A DNA stretch of 63,339 nt, filler included, from Chiloscyllium plagiosum (lineage: Eukaryota): NCBI RefSeq assembly GCF_004010195.1. It is 6 parts of one record of this genome, joined end to end, with 100 filler letters (N's around TTAATTAATTAA, not from the genome) between each part and the next. Parts side by side here need not be neighbours in the genome. Positions count along the whole stretch, not along the records: positions 1 to 26,190 come from NC_057714.1; 5 more parts are not named here. One strand, 5' to 3'. A program made the position numbers and the translations under genes. Below, in pieces: positions 1 to 13,645 of the stretch. The stretch's first letter is position 1; each line of letters opens with the position of its first letter. Under the pieces are notes generated by a model. It was given only the letters and a program-made list of their open reading frames with translations, searched no databases and was not told the DNA's origin.

Positions 1-250
1 CTCTCCAACCTATCACCTTTACCCCCACCTCCATCCACCTATTGCACTCTCAGCTACCTTCTCCCCAGCCCCACCCTCCTCCCAATTATCTCTCCACCCC
101 CGACGTTCCCAGCCTCATTCCTGATGAAGGGCTCCAGCCCGAAACTTCGATTTTCCTGCTCCTCGGATGCTGCCTGACCTGCTGCGCTTTTCCAGCACCA
201 CTCTAATCTTGATTCTAATCTCCAGCATCTGCAGTCCTCACTTTCACCTC
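1..250 (+). mobile_element. 3' end/pLTR of a Penelope-like element with hammerhead motif
   Basis: Pyrimidine-rich tract, then CTGATGA-AGGGC-TCCA-GCCC-GAAAC-TTC (121-148), then the family 3' end CAGCATCTGCAGTCCTCACTTTC. Confidence 0.75.
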
Positions 251-767
251 ACAGTTGAGCTATGACAGGGGTGATGTTGGGGGATGTTGTGTTGGAATTA
301 GACAATCTTAGCAATGCTGTGGAAATGCATTTAGAACTTCAGCTCATCATCAAATGGAACACAAATAAACACTGAAAGTAGGAGCAGGAGTAGGCCATTC
401 GGCCCTTCAAGCCTGTTCCACCATTCAATGGCTGGTCATCCAATTCAATTGCCTGCTCCCACTTTCTCCCAACATCCTTTGATCCCCTAGAGATCAGAGA
501 ACTAGATCTAATTCTTTCCTGAAAATATTCAAAGTTTCTGTCCTTTCCTGCTTCCTGTGTCCAATAACTCCACAGGGGCCCCGTTCTCTGGGTGATGACA
601 TTTCTCCTCATCCCAATTCTGAATTGCTTATCCTGCCTCCTGAAGCTGTAACTCCTGGTTCTGGAGCCCATCGACCTCAGGAACATCCTTCCAGTGTTTG
701 GCTTGCCTGGTCCAGATGGAGTTTTGTTGGTGTCTATAAGGTAGAGTCATAGAGATTATAGGAGAAA

Positions 768-976
768 GTGAGGTCTGCAGATGCTGGAGATCAGAGCTGG
801 AAATGTGTTGCTGGAAAAGTGCAGCAGGTCAGGCAGCATCCAGGGAACAGGAGAATCGACGTTTCGGGCATAAGCCCTTCTTCCTGAAGAAGGGCTTATG
901 CCCGAAACGTCGATTCTCCTGTTCCCTGGATGCTGTCTGACCTGCTGCGCTTTTCCAGCAACACATTTCCAGCTCA
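768..976. mobile_element. Palindromic (inverted pLTR) PLE mini-element inserted in a CR1 tail
   Basis: Near-perfect inverted repeat centred at ~884. The right arm carries an intact hammerhead core at 884-911. CATAGAGAT occurs at both ends. Confidence 0.8.
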
Positions 977-1635
977 TAGAGATGTATAGCACAGAAACAG
1001 GCCCTTCAGTTCAACCTGTCCATACTGATCAGATATCCCAACCCAGTCTACTCCCATTTCCCAGCATTTGGCCCTCTGAACCCTTCCTATTCATATACCC
1101 GTCCAGATGCCTTTTAAATGCTGTAATTGTACTGGCCTCCACCGTTTCCTCTGGCAGCTCATTCCATAAACACACCACCCTCTGCATGAAAAAGTTGCCC
1201 CTCAAATCCCTTTTAAATCTTTACCCTCTCCCTGAAACCTTTAGCTTTGGAATTCCCCTACTCCAGGGAAAGGATCTTGCATATTCACCCTATCCATGTT
1301 CCTCATGATTTTGTAAACCTCTACAAGGTCACCCCTCAGCCTCCAACACTCCAGGGAAAACAGCCCCAGCCTGTTCAGCCTCTCTCTATAGCTAAAATCC
1401 TCTAACCTTGGCAACATCCTTGTAAATCTTTTCTGCACCCTCTCAAGTTTAACATCATTTTTCCTATAGCAGGGTGACCAGAATTGCAATATTCCAACAG
1501 AGGCATAACCGATGTCCTGTACAGCCGCATCATGACCTCCCAACTCCTGTACTCAATACTCTGACCAATAAAGGCAAGTGGACCAACCAAACCCTGTTTA
1601 CCTGCAACTCCACCTTCAAGGAACTAGGAACTGTG
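977..1635 (-). mobile_element. CR1/HER1-like LINE 3' fragment
   Basis: ORF 1241-1543 has KLERVQKRFTRMLP...YRERLNRLGLFSLE.RLRGDL, the CR1 ORF2 C-terminus. Confidence 0.9.
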
Positions 1636-3453
1636 AACCTGCAGTCCAAACCCCCAACATTCTAGTAAATAACTCTTGAAACAACACCCATATTGTGAAC
1701 AGATTGGCTTAACCTCAGGCAGTTAACCTCAGGAAATGATGACAAGGAAATGGAGTTTGGGGCTAGTAGACACTGGAAGATGGAGAGCTGCTAGCCCATG
1801 AGATATAAGGAGGTACTGCCGCAACATCGAAGACTGTTTTGGCAAAGGAGATTTTCAGCGTGTCAATATAATTTGGGGTGGCACGGTGGCTCAGTGGTTA
1901 GCACTGCAGCCTCACAGCGCCAGGGACCCGGGTTCAATTCCAGCCTCGGGCCTGTGGAATTTATTGCCTTGGACACTTAAATGTCTTCCAGGCAGGGATT
2001 GATAAACACTGATCTCATAAGGAATCAAGGGTTACAGGGAGAGTGCGGGTAAGTGGCATTGAAACGCCCATCAGCCATGATTAAATGGCGGAGTGGGCTC
2101 GATGGGCTGAATGGCCTTGCTTCCACTCCTACGCCTTACAGTCTTATCCAAGTACTTTATAAAGGTTGTGAGGTTTCCCACCTCAAGTTCCCCCTCCCAG
2201 ACTCTCACCACCCTTAGAGCGAAAAATCTTTTCCTCAATTCCCCTCTGAACCTTCTGTTTTCCATTTTAAAACAATGCCCTTTGTTATTAACACTTCAAT
2301 CTGCTTTCTATTCACCCTGCCCATGCCCCTCATAATCATATACACTGTTTATTATTCACTTGTGGGATAAGGGTGTCACTGGCTAGGCCAGGGTTTATTG
2401 CCCCATCCCTAATTACCCTGAGGGCGGTTAGAGTCAACCACATTGCTGTGGGTCGGGAGTCTCATGTAGAGCAGACCAGGTAAGGACGGCAGTGATTGGT
2501 GAACATTCGTGAACCAGTTGGGCTTTTCCAACAATTGAGTCACTGTTCGACTCTTAACTTCCTATTTTTATTGAATTTAAATCCCACAATCTGCTGTGGC
2601 AGGGCTTGAATCTGGGTCCCCGGGACATTACCTGGGTCTCTGGATTAGTAGTCTAGTGATAACACCACTGGGCCATCACCTCCCCCGACTTCTATCTGGC
2701 CCCTGTCTCTCTGATGAGATTGTGTGTGTGTGATGTTCATAACAGGGGTTAGGTTGTGGGAGGACTCTGGAGGCTGGGTCATTAAGTATCTTCAAGGCTG
2801 AGATTTTTATCAGGGAGAGAATCAAGGGTTCTGGAGAAAAAGTAGGAAACTGGACCAGGCATGATCTCATTGCATGGTGGAGCAGACTCAATGGGCTGAA
2901 TGGCCTTTTCTCACTCCTACATGGTGATATAACCTTAGATATAAGAGACTGACACAATTGTAAACGTGAAAGGTAAGTCAGACAGATTTGTACTGGGGGC
3001 GATATTAAGGCATACGCAGCCAGCCTGGGAATTAAAAAGATAGCATAGGTCAGCCACCATCTTGTTTGACACTAGAATGGGCTTGAGGGGCGGAATGGCC
3101 TACTTTTCTCCCCATGTTCCAAATCTGTTACAGATTTTCACACGAGCCAATGAACTGCAGATGCTGGAAATCAGAAACAATAACAGATATTGCTGGAAAA
3201 GCTCAGCGGGTCTGGCAGCATTTGTTGGAGAGAAATCAAAGAGTTAACGTTTCTGCTTTCTCCTCACAGATGTTGCTAGACCCGCTGAGCTTTTCCAGCA
3301 ATTTCTGTCTTTGTTACAGGTTTTCATACACTCCATTTCAAAGGTTATCCAAGGTTAAATCTCACACGCACTATGGGAGGTTGGATCATGTTATCCCCAC
3401 TCTCCCCAAACTCGAGAATTTGTCACTTATTTCTTGTCCTTCTCCTGGAGTTA

Positions 3454-3656
3454 CAGTCTGTTCTTTGCTAACACGATGGTTGCGTTCCTGCGCAACCCCG
3501 TGTTATAGAAAAATCACACTTTAGACACAGGGCTTAAAGTGTTGGTGCTGTGATCGTGTTACAGCCAACACACGTTTTAAATGTTTTTGCGCTGTAGAAA
3601 CAGTGCCCCAAATTCATCAATCCTTAATGAAATGCATGTTATAGCAGAATGACCTG
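3454..3656. mobile_element. Tc1/mariner (Tigger-like) MITE
   Basis: Imperfect TIRs CAGTCTGTTCTTTGCTAACACG versus reverse complement CAGGTCATTCTGCTATAACATG, each flanked by TA. No ORF. Confidence 0.6.
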
Positions 3657-3904
3657 TATTGTCAGTTCTGTCGGTGCTAACACACCCTTTGCACACAACA
3701 GTTGGATCTTCCCACGCACCAGTTTATACACGTGAGATTTGAGAGGTCAGTCACAGATTGACCCACAGAAATACCAAATGCAGGGAGGATCATGGTTATA
3801 GGAGTCAGTGGGGTAGTGGGTCGTGGTTCTAACATCAGTGTTTAACTTTCATTCATTTTTTTAAACAATTATCCTTTGTCTAGATATTATCAGACTGCTA
3901 TTAA

Positions 3905-4030
3905 TTGAGATCTTGCTGTGCACAAATTGGGTACCACTCTACCTACATGGCAACAGAGGCCAGGGCAATAATAATTCTTTGATAAAGTACTTGGCACCCT
4001 CCTGACATCACAAATATGTGAGAGAAATGG
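3905..4030 (+). mobile_element. Degraded Deu-domain SINE (AmnSINE1/SacSINE1-like) relic; similar relic at ~10200-10380
   Basis: GATCTTGCTGTGCACAAATTGG motif resembles the DeuSINE 3' region as recalled; heavily diverged. Confidence 0.4.
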
Positions 4031-4198
4031 TTGGAAACAAGCGTTTGCCTGGAGGTCCAAAGCCAGCAGGAATTGATAGGGCTGAATGGCCTCTTCCTAA
4101 TGTCGTGCATATCTATGCATCTCCTTCTTTAGGAGCCAGGTGTCACAGCCGAAGGTGCTGCTGTTCTGACTGACACTAACATGCTCACCGTGGATAGT

Positions 4199-4378
4199 CA
4201 TGATGTGGAGGTGCCGGTGCTGGACTGGGGAGGACAAAGTTAAAAATCACACAATACCAGGTTATAGTCCACCAGGTTTAATTGGAAGAGCGCCACTAGC
4301 ATCGCTCCCAAAGCTAGTGTGCTTCCAATTAAACCTGTTGGACTATAACCTGGTGTTGTGTGATTTTTAACTTTGGAC
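4199..4378. mobile_element. Palindromic PLE-derived element, second family (related copies ~31541-31704 and ~55405-55622)
   Basis: Inverted arms AAAATCACACAAxACCAGGTTATAGTCC / GGACTATAACCTGGTGTTGTGTGATTTT. The related copy keeps TGATGA-AGGAG-AAGCG-CTCC-GAAAG-CTA at 31586-31613. Confidence 0.7.
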
Positions 4379-4464
4379 ACCATGGGTTAAGAAGGTGTGT
4401 GGAAGTGATTGGGGACAATGGCAGTGTAGTACTCATCATCTGGCTGAATGCACAAATTAGGACC

Positions 4465-5450
4465 AAGGGTAGATCTACCTATTTTGAACAACATGCCTCT
4501 GTCACCCAGACAGTCCTCCACCTCACCACCTCCATTCCCCCTTCCACCGCTCTAAGCCGCTCCCCCCATTCAAACGCAATAAAGACAGAGTCTTCCTTGT
4601 CCTCACCTACCACTCCACTACTTCCCCCAACTCCAACTAGACCCCACCACCAAGAACATCTTCCCCTCCTTACCCCTCTCTGCCTTCCATAAGGACCATT
4701 CCCTTCGGCAGTCCTTGGTTTGTTCCGGTCTCCCCACCAACCCTCCAGAACCCCCAGGTACCTTCCCCTGCAACCAGAAAAATGCGAAACGAGCCAGTAC
4801 CCCACCCTCCTCACCTCCATCCAAGGCCCCAAACAGTCCTTCCAGGTGAGACAGAGGTTCACCTGCCTCTCCTCCAACCTAGTTTACTGCATCAGATACT
4901 CTCGATGTGGTCTTCTCTACACCGGGCAGACCAAACGACTTCGGGAATAGTTCGCTGAGCATCGCAGCCGGGCCCTCAGAGGCCGACCAGACCTCCCAGT
5001 CACCGCCCATTTTAATTTCCCTTCCCACTCCCTTCCCACTCCCTTTCCCATTCCCTTTCCTCCATTGCCACAATGAACCAAACCGCAAATCGGAGGAACA
5101 ACACCTCATCTTCCACCTGGGCAGCCTACAGCCCGGAGGATTCAACACTGAGTTCCCCAATACCCTCCCTCCCCATCCCTGACTCCCTTCCCAGCCCCTC
5201 CCCTTCCCTTCCACTCCTCCCAACCACCAACCGGCTTCATCTCTCCTATCGACCAACCAGGCCATACCCGCTAGGTGTTCACCTATTCCTACCTCACCAC
5301 CCTGCACCCCCATTCCCCACCACCCCCTTTACCTGCAGCTCCCCCCACACCCACCCCGAGTCCTGAAGAAGGTTTAGACCCAAAACGTTGACTTCTCCAC
5401 ATCCTGATGCTGCCTGGCTTGCTGTGTTCTCCCAGCCTCTTGCTTGTCTA
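4465..5450 (+). mobile_element. Penelope-like element 3' part (decayed GIY-YIG endonuclease + pLTR)
   Basis: Reads RQRFTCLSSNLVYCIRYSRCGLLYTGQTKR and EQHLIFHLGSLQPGGFNTEF. Hammerhead-like motif at 5358-5394. Confidence 0.85.
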
Positions 5451-5904
5451 CATTAAACCTTTCCACCATTCGGTACAATCCTGGCTGGTCTGATTCTTGT
5501 CAATCTGCGTCTGATAATGTCAGACTCCATTATCAATCAAGGAACCACCTTAACACTGGGCCTTCAGCATTATCAATGATGTTGACTCCCTGCTCTCTGG
5601 GTTAGAGTGTTCCAAAGACCCAACAACCTTTTGAGAGATGGACAACCTCACCTCCATCTTAAACAGGGGACCTCTGATTGTTAAACTGTGTTCCCTCGTT
5701 CTAGCCTCCCCCAGCTCCATCCAGTTCCCTCTGGATCATACGTTTTCCAATAAGATTATATTCATTCCTCTCGACTCGAACAGCTTCGGCCCAACCTGTG
5801 ACAGTTGGTAGTTTGAGTCCATTTCTGAGAACAGACCATGAAATTGAGACTGACCCCCAAAGTACAGTAAATGGCAGGACCCTTCGGAGCACTGGATGAC
5901 TATA

Positions 5905-7350
5905 GGCTCCAGCCTCCTCCTCTTTCCCATGGAAGAGTCATCCTTTTACACCTCCATACCCCATCAAGATGGTCTCAGGGATCTCTACTACCTCCTGGAG
6001 CAAAGGCCTGAGCTGTTCCCACCCACCACCACCCTCCCCCGTCTCTGCCGAGCTCATCCTCACCCTCAACAACATCTCCCTTAACTCCTCTCCCTTCCTC
6101 CAGGTCAGAGGGGTGGCCATGGGAACCCACAATGGGCCCCAGTGATTCCTGTCCCTTTGTGGGGAGTGTGGAACATTCCTTGTTCCAGTCCTATCCCAGC
6201 CCCCACCCACAACTCTTTCTCCGGTTTAACGATGACATCATTGTTGCTGTTTCCCTGTCTTATCCGGAATTGGAAAAGTTTATCGATTTTGTTTCCAATT
6301 TCCACCCCGCTCTCACCTTCACCTGGCCCATCTCTGACTTCTCCCTTCTCTTCTCGACATCTCTGTTTCCATTTCTGGAGATAGGCTGGCCACTAGTATC
6401 CATTGCAAACCCACTGACTCCTACAGTTACCTTGACTATACATCCTCACACCCAGCTTCCTGGAAAGACTCTATTCCATTCTCCCAGTTCCTCCATCTCC
6501 ATTACTTCTGTTCCAATAATGCCACCTTCAACAAAAGGGCCTCTGAAATATCTACCTTGTTTCTCCACCAAGGATTCCATAGTTGACAAGACCCTCAGCC
6601 GTATCCGCCCTATCTCCCACACTTCCGCCTTCATCCCCCTCTCTTCCCTCCCACGACAGCAATAGGGTTCCCCTTGTCCTCCCCGACCATCCCACCACCA
6701 TCCACAACCAGAGGCTCATCAGCCCCCATTTCCACCACCTTCAATGAGATGTCACCACCAGACACATGTTCCCCTTCCCTCCCTTTGTTAGCCTTCCGCA
6801 GGGACCCTTCCCTCCTAGTCCACTCCTCCCCCACTCCCAACAACCCCCTCCACAGCCCCATGGCACCTTCCCCTGCAACTGCTGAAGGTGTAACACCTGT
6901 CCATTCCCCTCCCCCACCTCAGTATCCCAGGGCCCAAACACCTACCCTGCACTTCCCACAACCTAATCTACTGCATTCAATGCTCACACTGTGCTCTCCT
7001 CAACACTGGGGACGTGAGGCGTAGACTAGGTGACTACTTTTAAGAACACTGACGTTCTGCCCACAGTAAAGACACTGAGCTTTCAGTTGCCTGCCACTTT
7101 AACACCCCACCCTGTTCCCTGGCCAACATCTCTGTCTCAGGCTTGCTGCAGTGCTTCAGTGAAACCTGGAAAAACAGCACCTCAATTTCCCCTCGGGGAC
7201 CCTGCAGCTTCAGGACTCAATATTGAATTCAATAATTTGAGGGCCCGAACTCTCCTTATCTCAACCCCACACACGTCAATTCTCCTGCTCCTCGGATGCT
7301 GCCTGACCTGCTGTGCTTTTTCTGCATCACACTCTCGACTTGTCTTCACA
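5905..7350 (+). mobile_element. Decayed Penelope-like retroelement (RT + GIY-YIG)
   Basis: Frameshifted RT motifs SFYTSIPHQDG, GVAMGT..GPS and LFLRFNDDII (YIDD-like), followed by a GLNIEF C-terminus and the pLTR tail. Confidence 0.85.
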
Positions 7351-7564
7351 TAGTCTGCCGTTACACACAACTTATTGTTGACCACTATCAGTCTTTATTA
7401 GCAGCTAGTCACCCTCCCGGGCAGATAGTTATCCATTCCTGTGTCGGTACAACTGTTCTTCTCTCTCTCTTTGGGCTCTATCGTTTGCTCTGTATCCCCT
7501 CCCCCTACCCCCTGACCCTGTCTTCTGCATATAAACTCACATGTTCCTTCTGAGGAAGGGTCAT

Positions 7565-7828
7565 TTAGATTTAGAATCCCTACAGTATGTAAACAAGCCA
7601 TTTTGGCCCAACTAGCCCACACCGACGAGTATCCCACCCAGACTCATTCCCCCGGACTAATGCACCTAACACTAGGGGCAATTTCTCTGACCTGCACATC
7701 TTTGGATTGTGGGAGGGAACTGGAGTACCCGGAGGAAACCCACACAGACAGTCACAAGAGGCTGGAATTGAACCCGGGTCCCTGGCGCTGTGAGACAGCA
7801 GTGCTAACCACTGAGCCACTCTGCCACT
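7565..7828 (-). mobile_element. HE1/V-SINE-like tRNA-derived SINE
   Basis: Reverse complement of the TGGCTCAGTGGTTAGCAC (A box)...GGTTCAATTCC (B box) head, a conserved core, and an (AATCT)n-like tail. Confidence 0.85.
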
Positions 7829-7934
7829 CTACCAGGTCACCGGACCTGAAAACATTAATTCTGATATCTCTCCACAGATGCTGCCAGACCTGCTGAGGTT
7901 TTCCAGCAAATTCTGGTTTTGTTTCAGTCATAAA

Positions 7935-8595
7935 GAGGGATGTTGGGGTGCAAGTCCATAGCTCCACAAGGGGAGGAATTGGTAAAGAATACGTATGGCA
8001 TGTTTGCCTCCATCGGTCAGGGCATTGAGTATAACAGTTGGCAAGTCATGCTGCAGCTGTGTAAGATGTTAGTGAGGCCACATTTGGAGCATTGTGTACA
8101 GTTCTGGTCCCCACACTATTCGAAGGATGTGGAGGGTTTGGAGAGGGTACAAAAGAGGTTTACCAGGATGTTGCCTGAATTGGAGTATATTCCCTATAAG
8201 GAGAGGCTGGACAAACTTGGATTGTTTTCACTAGAGCGTCAGAGGCTGAGGGGAGACCTGATCAAAGTGTATAACATTATGAGAGGCATGGACAGGGTGG
8301 ATAATCAGAATCTTTTCTCCAGGATGGAAATGTCAAATACTCAGGGGCATAGATTTAAGGTGAGAGGGGGAATGTTTAAAGGAGATGTGTGAGGTAAGTT
8401 TTTTTACACAGAGGGTGGTAGGTGTCTGGAACACACTGCCAGGGAGGTGGTAAAAGCAGATAAGATAGCAGTGTTTAAGAGGCATTTAGACACATGAACA
8501 GGCAGGGAATACTGGCACATGGGCTATGTGCAGGCAGATGGGATTAATTTAGAATGGCCTCATGGTCAGCACAGACAAGGTGGGCCAAAGGGCCA
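7935..8595 (+). mobile_element. CR1-like LINE 3' fragment
   Basis: ORF 7940-8392 LVRPHLEHCVQFWSPHY..LERVQKRFTRMLP. Confidence 0.9.
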
Positions 8596-8667
8596 TCACC
8601 TTCCATAGTGGTTAAAATGACCCCTCCCACTTTCCTCTCTCTGCCTCCAACATATGAGGCTGGAACT

Positions 8668-10138
8668 TTCCCAGCAATCTTCAGCCAGAAGTGCTGAGGG
8701 GATGGTCCATCTCGGCCTCCCCCAGTGGTCCCCACCATCACAGATCCCAGTCTTCAGCCAATTCCATTCACTCCACGTGATATCAAGGAATGGTTGGAGA
8801 CCCTGGATACTGCAAAGGCCATGGGCCCTGACAATATTCCAGCAATGGTACTGAAGACTTGTGAGTGACCCCCAGTTTGGGTTACACCAGGGTCACTCAG
8901 CTCCTGACCTCATTACAGCCTTGGGTCAAACATGGACAAAAGAGCTGAATTCCAGAGGGTGAGGGGAGAGGGACAGCCCTTGACATCAAGGCTGCATTCG
9001 ACCGAGTGTGGCATCAAGGAGCCCTGGCAAAACTGGAGTCAATGGGTATCGGGGGCAAGCTCTCCATTGGTTGGGGTCATACCTGGTACACAGGAAGATG
9101 GTCGAGGTTGTTGGAGGTCAGTCATCTCAGCTCCAGGACATCTCTGCAGGAGTCCCTCAGGGGAGTGTCCTAGACCCCAACCATCTTCAGCTGCTTCATC
9201 GATGACCTTCCCTTCATCACAAGGTCAGAAGTCAGGATGTTCGCCAATAATTGCACAGTGTTCAGCACCATTCACAACTCCTCAGATACTGAAGCAGTCC
9301 ATGTTCAAATGTGACAAGGTCTGGACAATATCCAGGTTAAGGACAGACAGGTGGTGAGTAACATTCATGCCACATAAATGTCAGGCAATGATCTCGTCCA
9401 TAAAAAGAGAATCTAACCACTGCCCCTTGATATTTAATTTCTTTTTATATTTAAACGCTCCATTATCAACATCCTGAGGGTTACCATTGACTAGAAACTT
9501 AACTGCACTAGCCAGATAAATATGGTGGCTACAAGAGCAGGTCAGAGGTTAGGAATCCTATGGTTAGTAACTCCCCTCCTGACTCCCCAAAGCCTGTCCA
9601 CCATCTCCAAGGCACAAGTCAGGAGTGTGGTGGAATACGCCCCCTTGTCTGGATGGGGGCAGCCCCAACAACACTCAAGAAGCTTGACACCATCCAGGAC
9701 AAAGCAGCACCCGCTTGATTGGCACCACATCCACAAGCATCCACTCCCTCCCCCACCGACGCTCAGTAGCAGCAGGGTGTACTATCTACAAGATGCACTG
9801 CAGAAATTCACCAAAGATCCTCAGACAGCACCTTCCAAACCCATGACAACTTCCATCTAGAAGGACAAGGGCAGCAGATGGATGGGAACACCACCCCCTG
9901 CAAGTTCCCCTCCAAGCCCCTCACAATCCTGACTTGGAAATATATCGCCGTTCCTTCACTGTCACTGGGTCAAAATCCTGGAATTCCCTCCCTCAGGGCA
10001 TTGTGGGTCAACCCACAGCAGGCGGACTGCAGCGGTTCAAGAAGGCAGCTCACCCCCACCTTCTCAAGGGGGCAACTAGGGACGGGTAATAACTGCTGGG
10101 CCCAGTCAATGATGCCCACATCCTGTGAATGAATAAAA
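8668..10138 (+). mobile_element. CR1/L2-clade LINE fragment, second family (related copies ~13645-13950 -, ~38690-39630 -, ~52925-53385 +)
   Basis: ISAGVPQGSVL RT motif, SLSTISKAQVRSVVEYAP, and a GAATGAATAAA tail. Confidence 0.85.
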
Positions 10139-10780
10139 CACGTTGTTTCCAAGTTGAATGTGAAGCTAAATATTAATGGCACTATTTAAAGAGGACCAGT
10201 GGGTGTTATTCTCAATCTCCTCACCAAATACCTGGCCATCACTCCATTAATGTCAGTGTGAAGCATACTGTGTGCAAATTTGCTGCAGCGTTTCCTATGT
10301 TATAGCAGGGACCACATTAATAGCTGCGGAGCACTTGGAGATTTTGTGAAAAGGAACACAGAAACTCAAGAGTTTTCTTTCTATGAACACGTGAGAATAT
10401 GTTTCTCAAGGGTGAGGAAAGTTTCAATGGGCAAATTCAGAATCAGAAGGAGCCAATCAGAGGAAATCCACACAGACACAGGGAGAATGTGCAAACTCCA
10501 CGCAGACAGTCACCTGAGGCTGGAATCGAACCCAGGTCCCTGGTGCTGGGAGGCTGCAGTGCTAAGCACTGAGCCACCGTGCTGTCCCCTTGTCATGTCA
10601 CTGTTTCTCCTGAGTGAGTGAGTCCTCCAGCCAGTGCTGCTGCCTCAGGGTAACCAGACTGAAAGAGAGATCGCCCCAGGGGCACCGTGCTGGTACAGAC
10701 TGGCCCGGCTTCACATGGATGACTGTTTCAAGTTTGCGTCTCCCGTTTTCAAAGACAAGACTCACTTCCAGAAGGAACAA

Positions 10781-10948
10781 CCTCTCTCTCTTTCTCTCTC
10801 TCTCTCTCTTTATCTCTCTCCCCCTCCCTCTCTCTCTCTCTCTTCCCCACTCTCTCTCTCTCCCTCCCTCTGTCTATCTTTCTCTCTCTTCCTCCCTCAC
10901 ACTCTCCCTCCCTCTCTTTCCCTCTCCCTCTCTCTCTCTCTCTCCCTC
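10781..10948. repeat. (CT)n-rich microsatellite
   Basis: Direct reading. Confidence 0.95.
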
Positions 10949-11278
10949 CAAGTACTGTCTGTTCTGGACCACTGAGCTGCTCAGAAGGAACTCAACTGGA
11001 CCACCAGGGGAACACAGACCTCATGCCTCTTTCCTGCTGGCCTGCCATCTTCCTCTGCTTCAAGGGCGTACCCCGTGTCCCCTTTGCCAACTTTTCCCAA
11101 TGGGAAGTTGCTTCAGGCTCCCCTCAGGGTTAGGTAGACCCCCAGCCTTGCTCCAACTGTGAAACATGGAGGTGGGTGAATTCCGGACACGCGACACAGT
11201 GACTAGGAGAAACTGCATTCCCCTACACACAGCATCAAAGCCTGCTGTAACAATTCAACAAAAATCCTCCATTAAATC

Positions 11279-11867
11279 TCCCAGCGCGTTTTGAGAAGAA
11301 TTGTAGCTCAGATTGAGGTTCTGGATGTAGGTTTGCTAGTTGGGCTGGAAGCTTCATTTCCAGACGTTTCGTCACCCTGCTAGGTAACATCTTCAGTGGG
11401 CTTCCTGGCGAAGCACTGTTCCTGACTCCTGCTTTCTACTTATATGTTTGGGTTTCTTTGGGTTGGTGATGTCACTTCCTGTGGTGGTGTCATTTCCTGT
11501 TCTTTTTCTCAAGGGGTTGGTAGATGGGGTCTAACTCGATGTGTTTGTTGATAGAGTTCCGGTTGGAATGCCATGCTTCTAGGAATTCTTATGAATGTCT
11601 CTGTTTGGCTTGTCCTAAGGTGGATGTGTTGTCCCAGTCGAAGTGGTGTCCTTCCTTATCTGTACGTAAGGATACTAGTGAGAGAGGGTGATGTCGTTTT
11701 GTGGCTAGTTGGCGTCCATGTATCCTGGTGGCTAGTTTTCTGCCTGTTTGTCCAATATAGTGTTTGTTACAGTTCTTACACAGTATTTTGTAAATGACAT
11801 TAGTTTTGCTTCTTGCCTGTATAGGGTCTATGGAAATGAACCTTCCAGCTCAGCGAACAAACCTACA
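11279..11867 (-). mobile_element. Penelope-like element 3' fragment with intact hammerhead and short inverted pLTR
   Basis: Minus-strand GIY-YIG remnant. Hammerhead at 11360-11399: CCA-CTGAAGA-T-GTTACC-TAGCAG-GGTGAC-GAAAC-GTC-TGG. TCCATTAAATC is duplicated at 11268-11278 and 11868-11878. Confidence 0.85.
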
Positions 11868-12691
11868 TCCATTAAATCCCCCGTTAGCCTCCTCCAATCC
11901 AGATCTGCCAAATGTCTCCTCCTTGAAAGAGGCTATCTAACTAACCCTTTCCTAAGCCCATAGCCGCTTGTTAGATATACAGTTTGCTTCTGCCTGTTAA
12001 GCGTTTGTCTGCTCTTTGTTAGTCCCTCATGGGATATAGGCATGTGCGGCTGTGGACCTGGATATATTGCTCATCCCCGGGCTTTGGATGATTTGGGCTA
12101 AGGAGAAATGTAAATGACATGGCCCCCCCCCACATCGCCTGCTGATCAGACGACAGGTCACACAGGAATTGAGAACGTTAACTCTGCCTCTCTCTTTCTC
12201 TATCCAGGTACTGCCAAACCCCCAAGTTTCTCCAGCCCTTTGCTTTCAGGCTCAGATCTCCCTTGACTATAGGGAGTTACCTGACCAGGGTGTGGACAGG
12301 CAAGAAGTGATTTGATCTGAGCGTGAGGTGAGGTGCAGAACTGTAGAAGGTCAGACTTTCAGGGGTGGGCGGGGGGGGGGGGGTGAAGTCACTCACACGG
12401 GAGCAAATAACTGGGCGCATTCTCACAAAAAGCTTTCGGAACTAATAGACGGCGAATGAACTTTTCATAGTCAGGCATTCAGCGAGCGAATTACAGGTTA
12501 TACTCGATCTTTATACATCTATACATTACCATGAAGGACTCTCCTTCTCAACTTCACCCCTTGCCTGAGGCATGCTGACCCGCAGGTTAAACCACCCACC
12601 TTCGTCTCCCTATACTGAGAGAGCAGCCCTGTGGTCCTCTGAGGCAATGAAGACTTTATAATGAAAGCCAGTGTATGGAGCTAAGGTATAG

Positions 12692-12899
12692 AGTCAGGAT
12701 GAGAGCGATGCTGGAAAAGCACAGCAGGTCAGGCAGCATCCGAGGAGCAGGAAAATCCACGTCTCAGGCAGGAGCCCTTCATCAGAGATCAGGCTTTTGC
12801 CTGAAACGTCGATTCTCCTGTTGCCTGGTCTGCTGTGCTTTTCCAGCACCACTCTAATCTTGACTCTGATCTCCAACATCTGCAGTTCTCACTTTCTCC
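12692..12899. mobile_element. Palindromic PLE mini-element with 14-bp TSD
   Basis: GAGCTAAGGTATAG at 12678-12691 and 12900-12913. Confidence 0.85.
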
Positions 12900-13289
12900 G
12901 AGCTAAGGTATAGGGTGTTCACTCTCTCATTCAACAGGGGATCAGCTCGGAGGAGTTCCTCAGGCTGCTTACTGTTCCCTTATACTTACAGTTGTGGGTG
13001 AGGGGGTCATTTTCATATTAGACGTTTTTAAACATTTCATTTGAAAATGGCAGTGGCATTTATTGTCAAACTCTTGTGATTCCCTTCATTTGTTCATATA
13101 TTTTAACTGATCCCCTTCTTTTTTTTTAAAATCACTTATGGGATCTGGGCACCGCTGGCTGGGCCCATTATTTAATTTGCCCTTTGAGAGGGTAATGGTG
13201 AGCTACCTTCAGAAACTGTTTGGATGCGAATTTTGCCACTGTATTGGAAGAGCTTGGCTGGGGGAGCGACACGCTCTGCAGCACAAATC

Positions 13290-13645
13290 ACAGAGTCATA
13301 GAGACGTACACAGCACGCAAGCATACCCTTCAGCCCAACTCGTCCATGCTAACACAAATCTAGTCCCATTTGCCAGCACCCGGCCCAAATCCCTCCAAAC
13401 CCTTTCTATTCATATACCCATCCAAATGCCTTTTAAATGTTGCAATTGTGCCAGCTTCCACCACGTCCTCTGGCAGCTCATTCCATACACGCACCACCAC
13501 CACCCTCTGCGTGAAAAAGTTGCCCCTGAGGTCTCTTTTAAATCTTTCTCCTCTCACCTGAAACCCATGCCATCTACTTCTGGACTCCCCTACCCGGGGG
13601 AAAAGACCTTGCCTATTCACTCTATTCATGCCCCTCATGCCCCTC
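13290..13645 (-). mobile_element. CR1-like LINE 3' end
   Basis: RGNFFTQRVV..VWNELPEDVVEAGTIATFKRHLDGYM. Confidence 0.85.

Noticed and set aside
10697..10780. RLARLHMDD... on + resembling the start of the PAC1 RLARST exon
   Set aside because: Only four residues match. The rest is unrelated, runs into a (CT)n tract, and is on the opposite strand.
10614..11162. 182-aa ORF
   Set aside because: The frame is kept open by the CT microsatellite (SLSL repeats); no recognisable domain.
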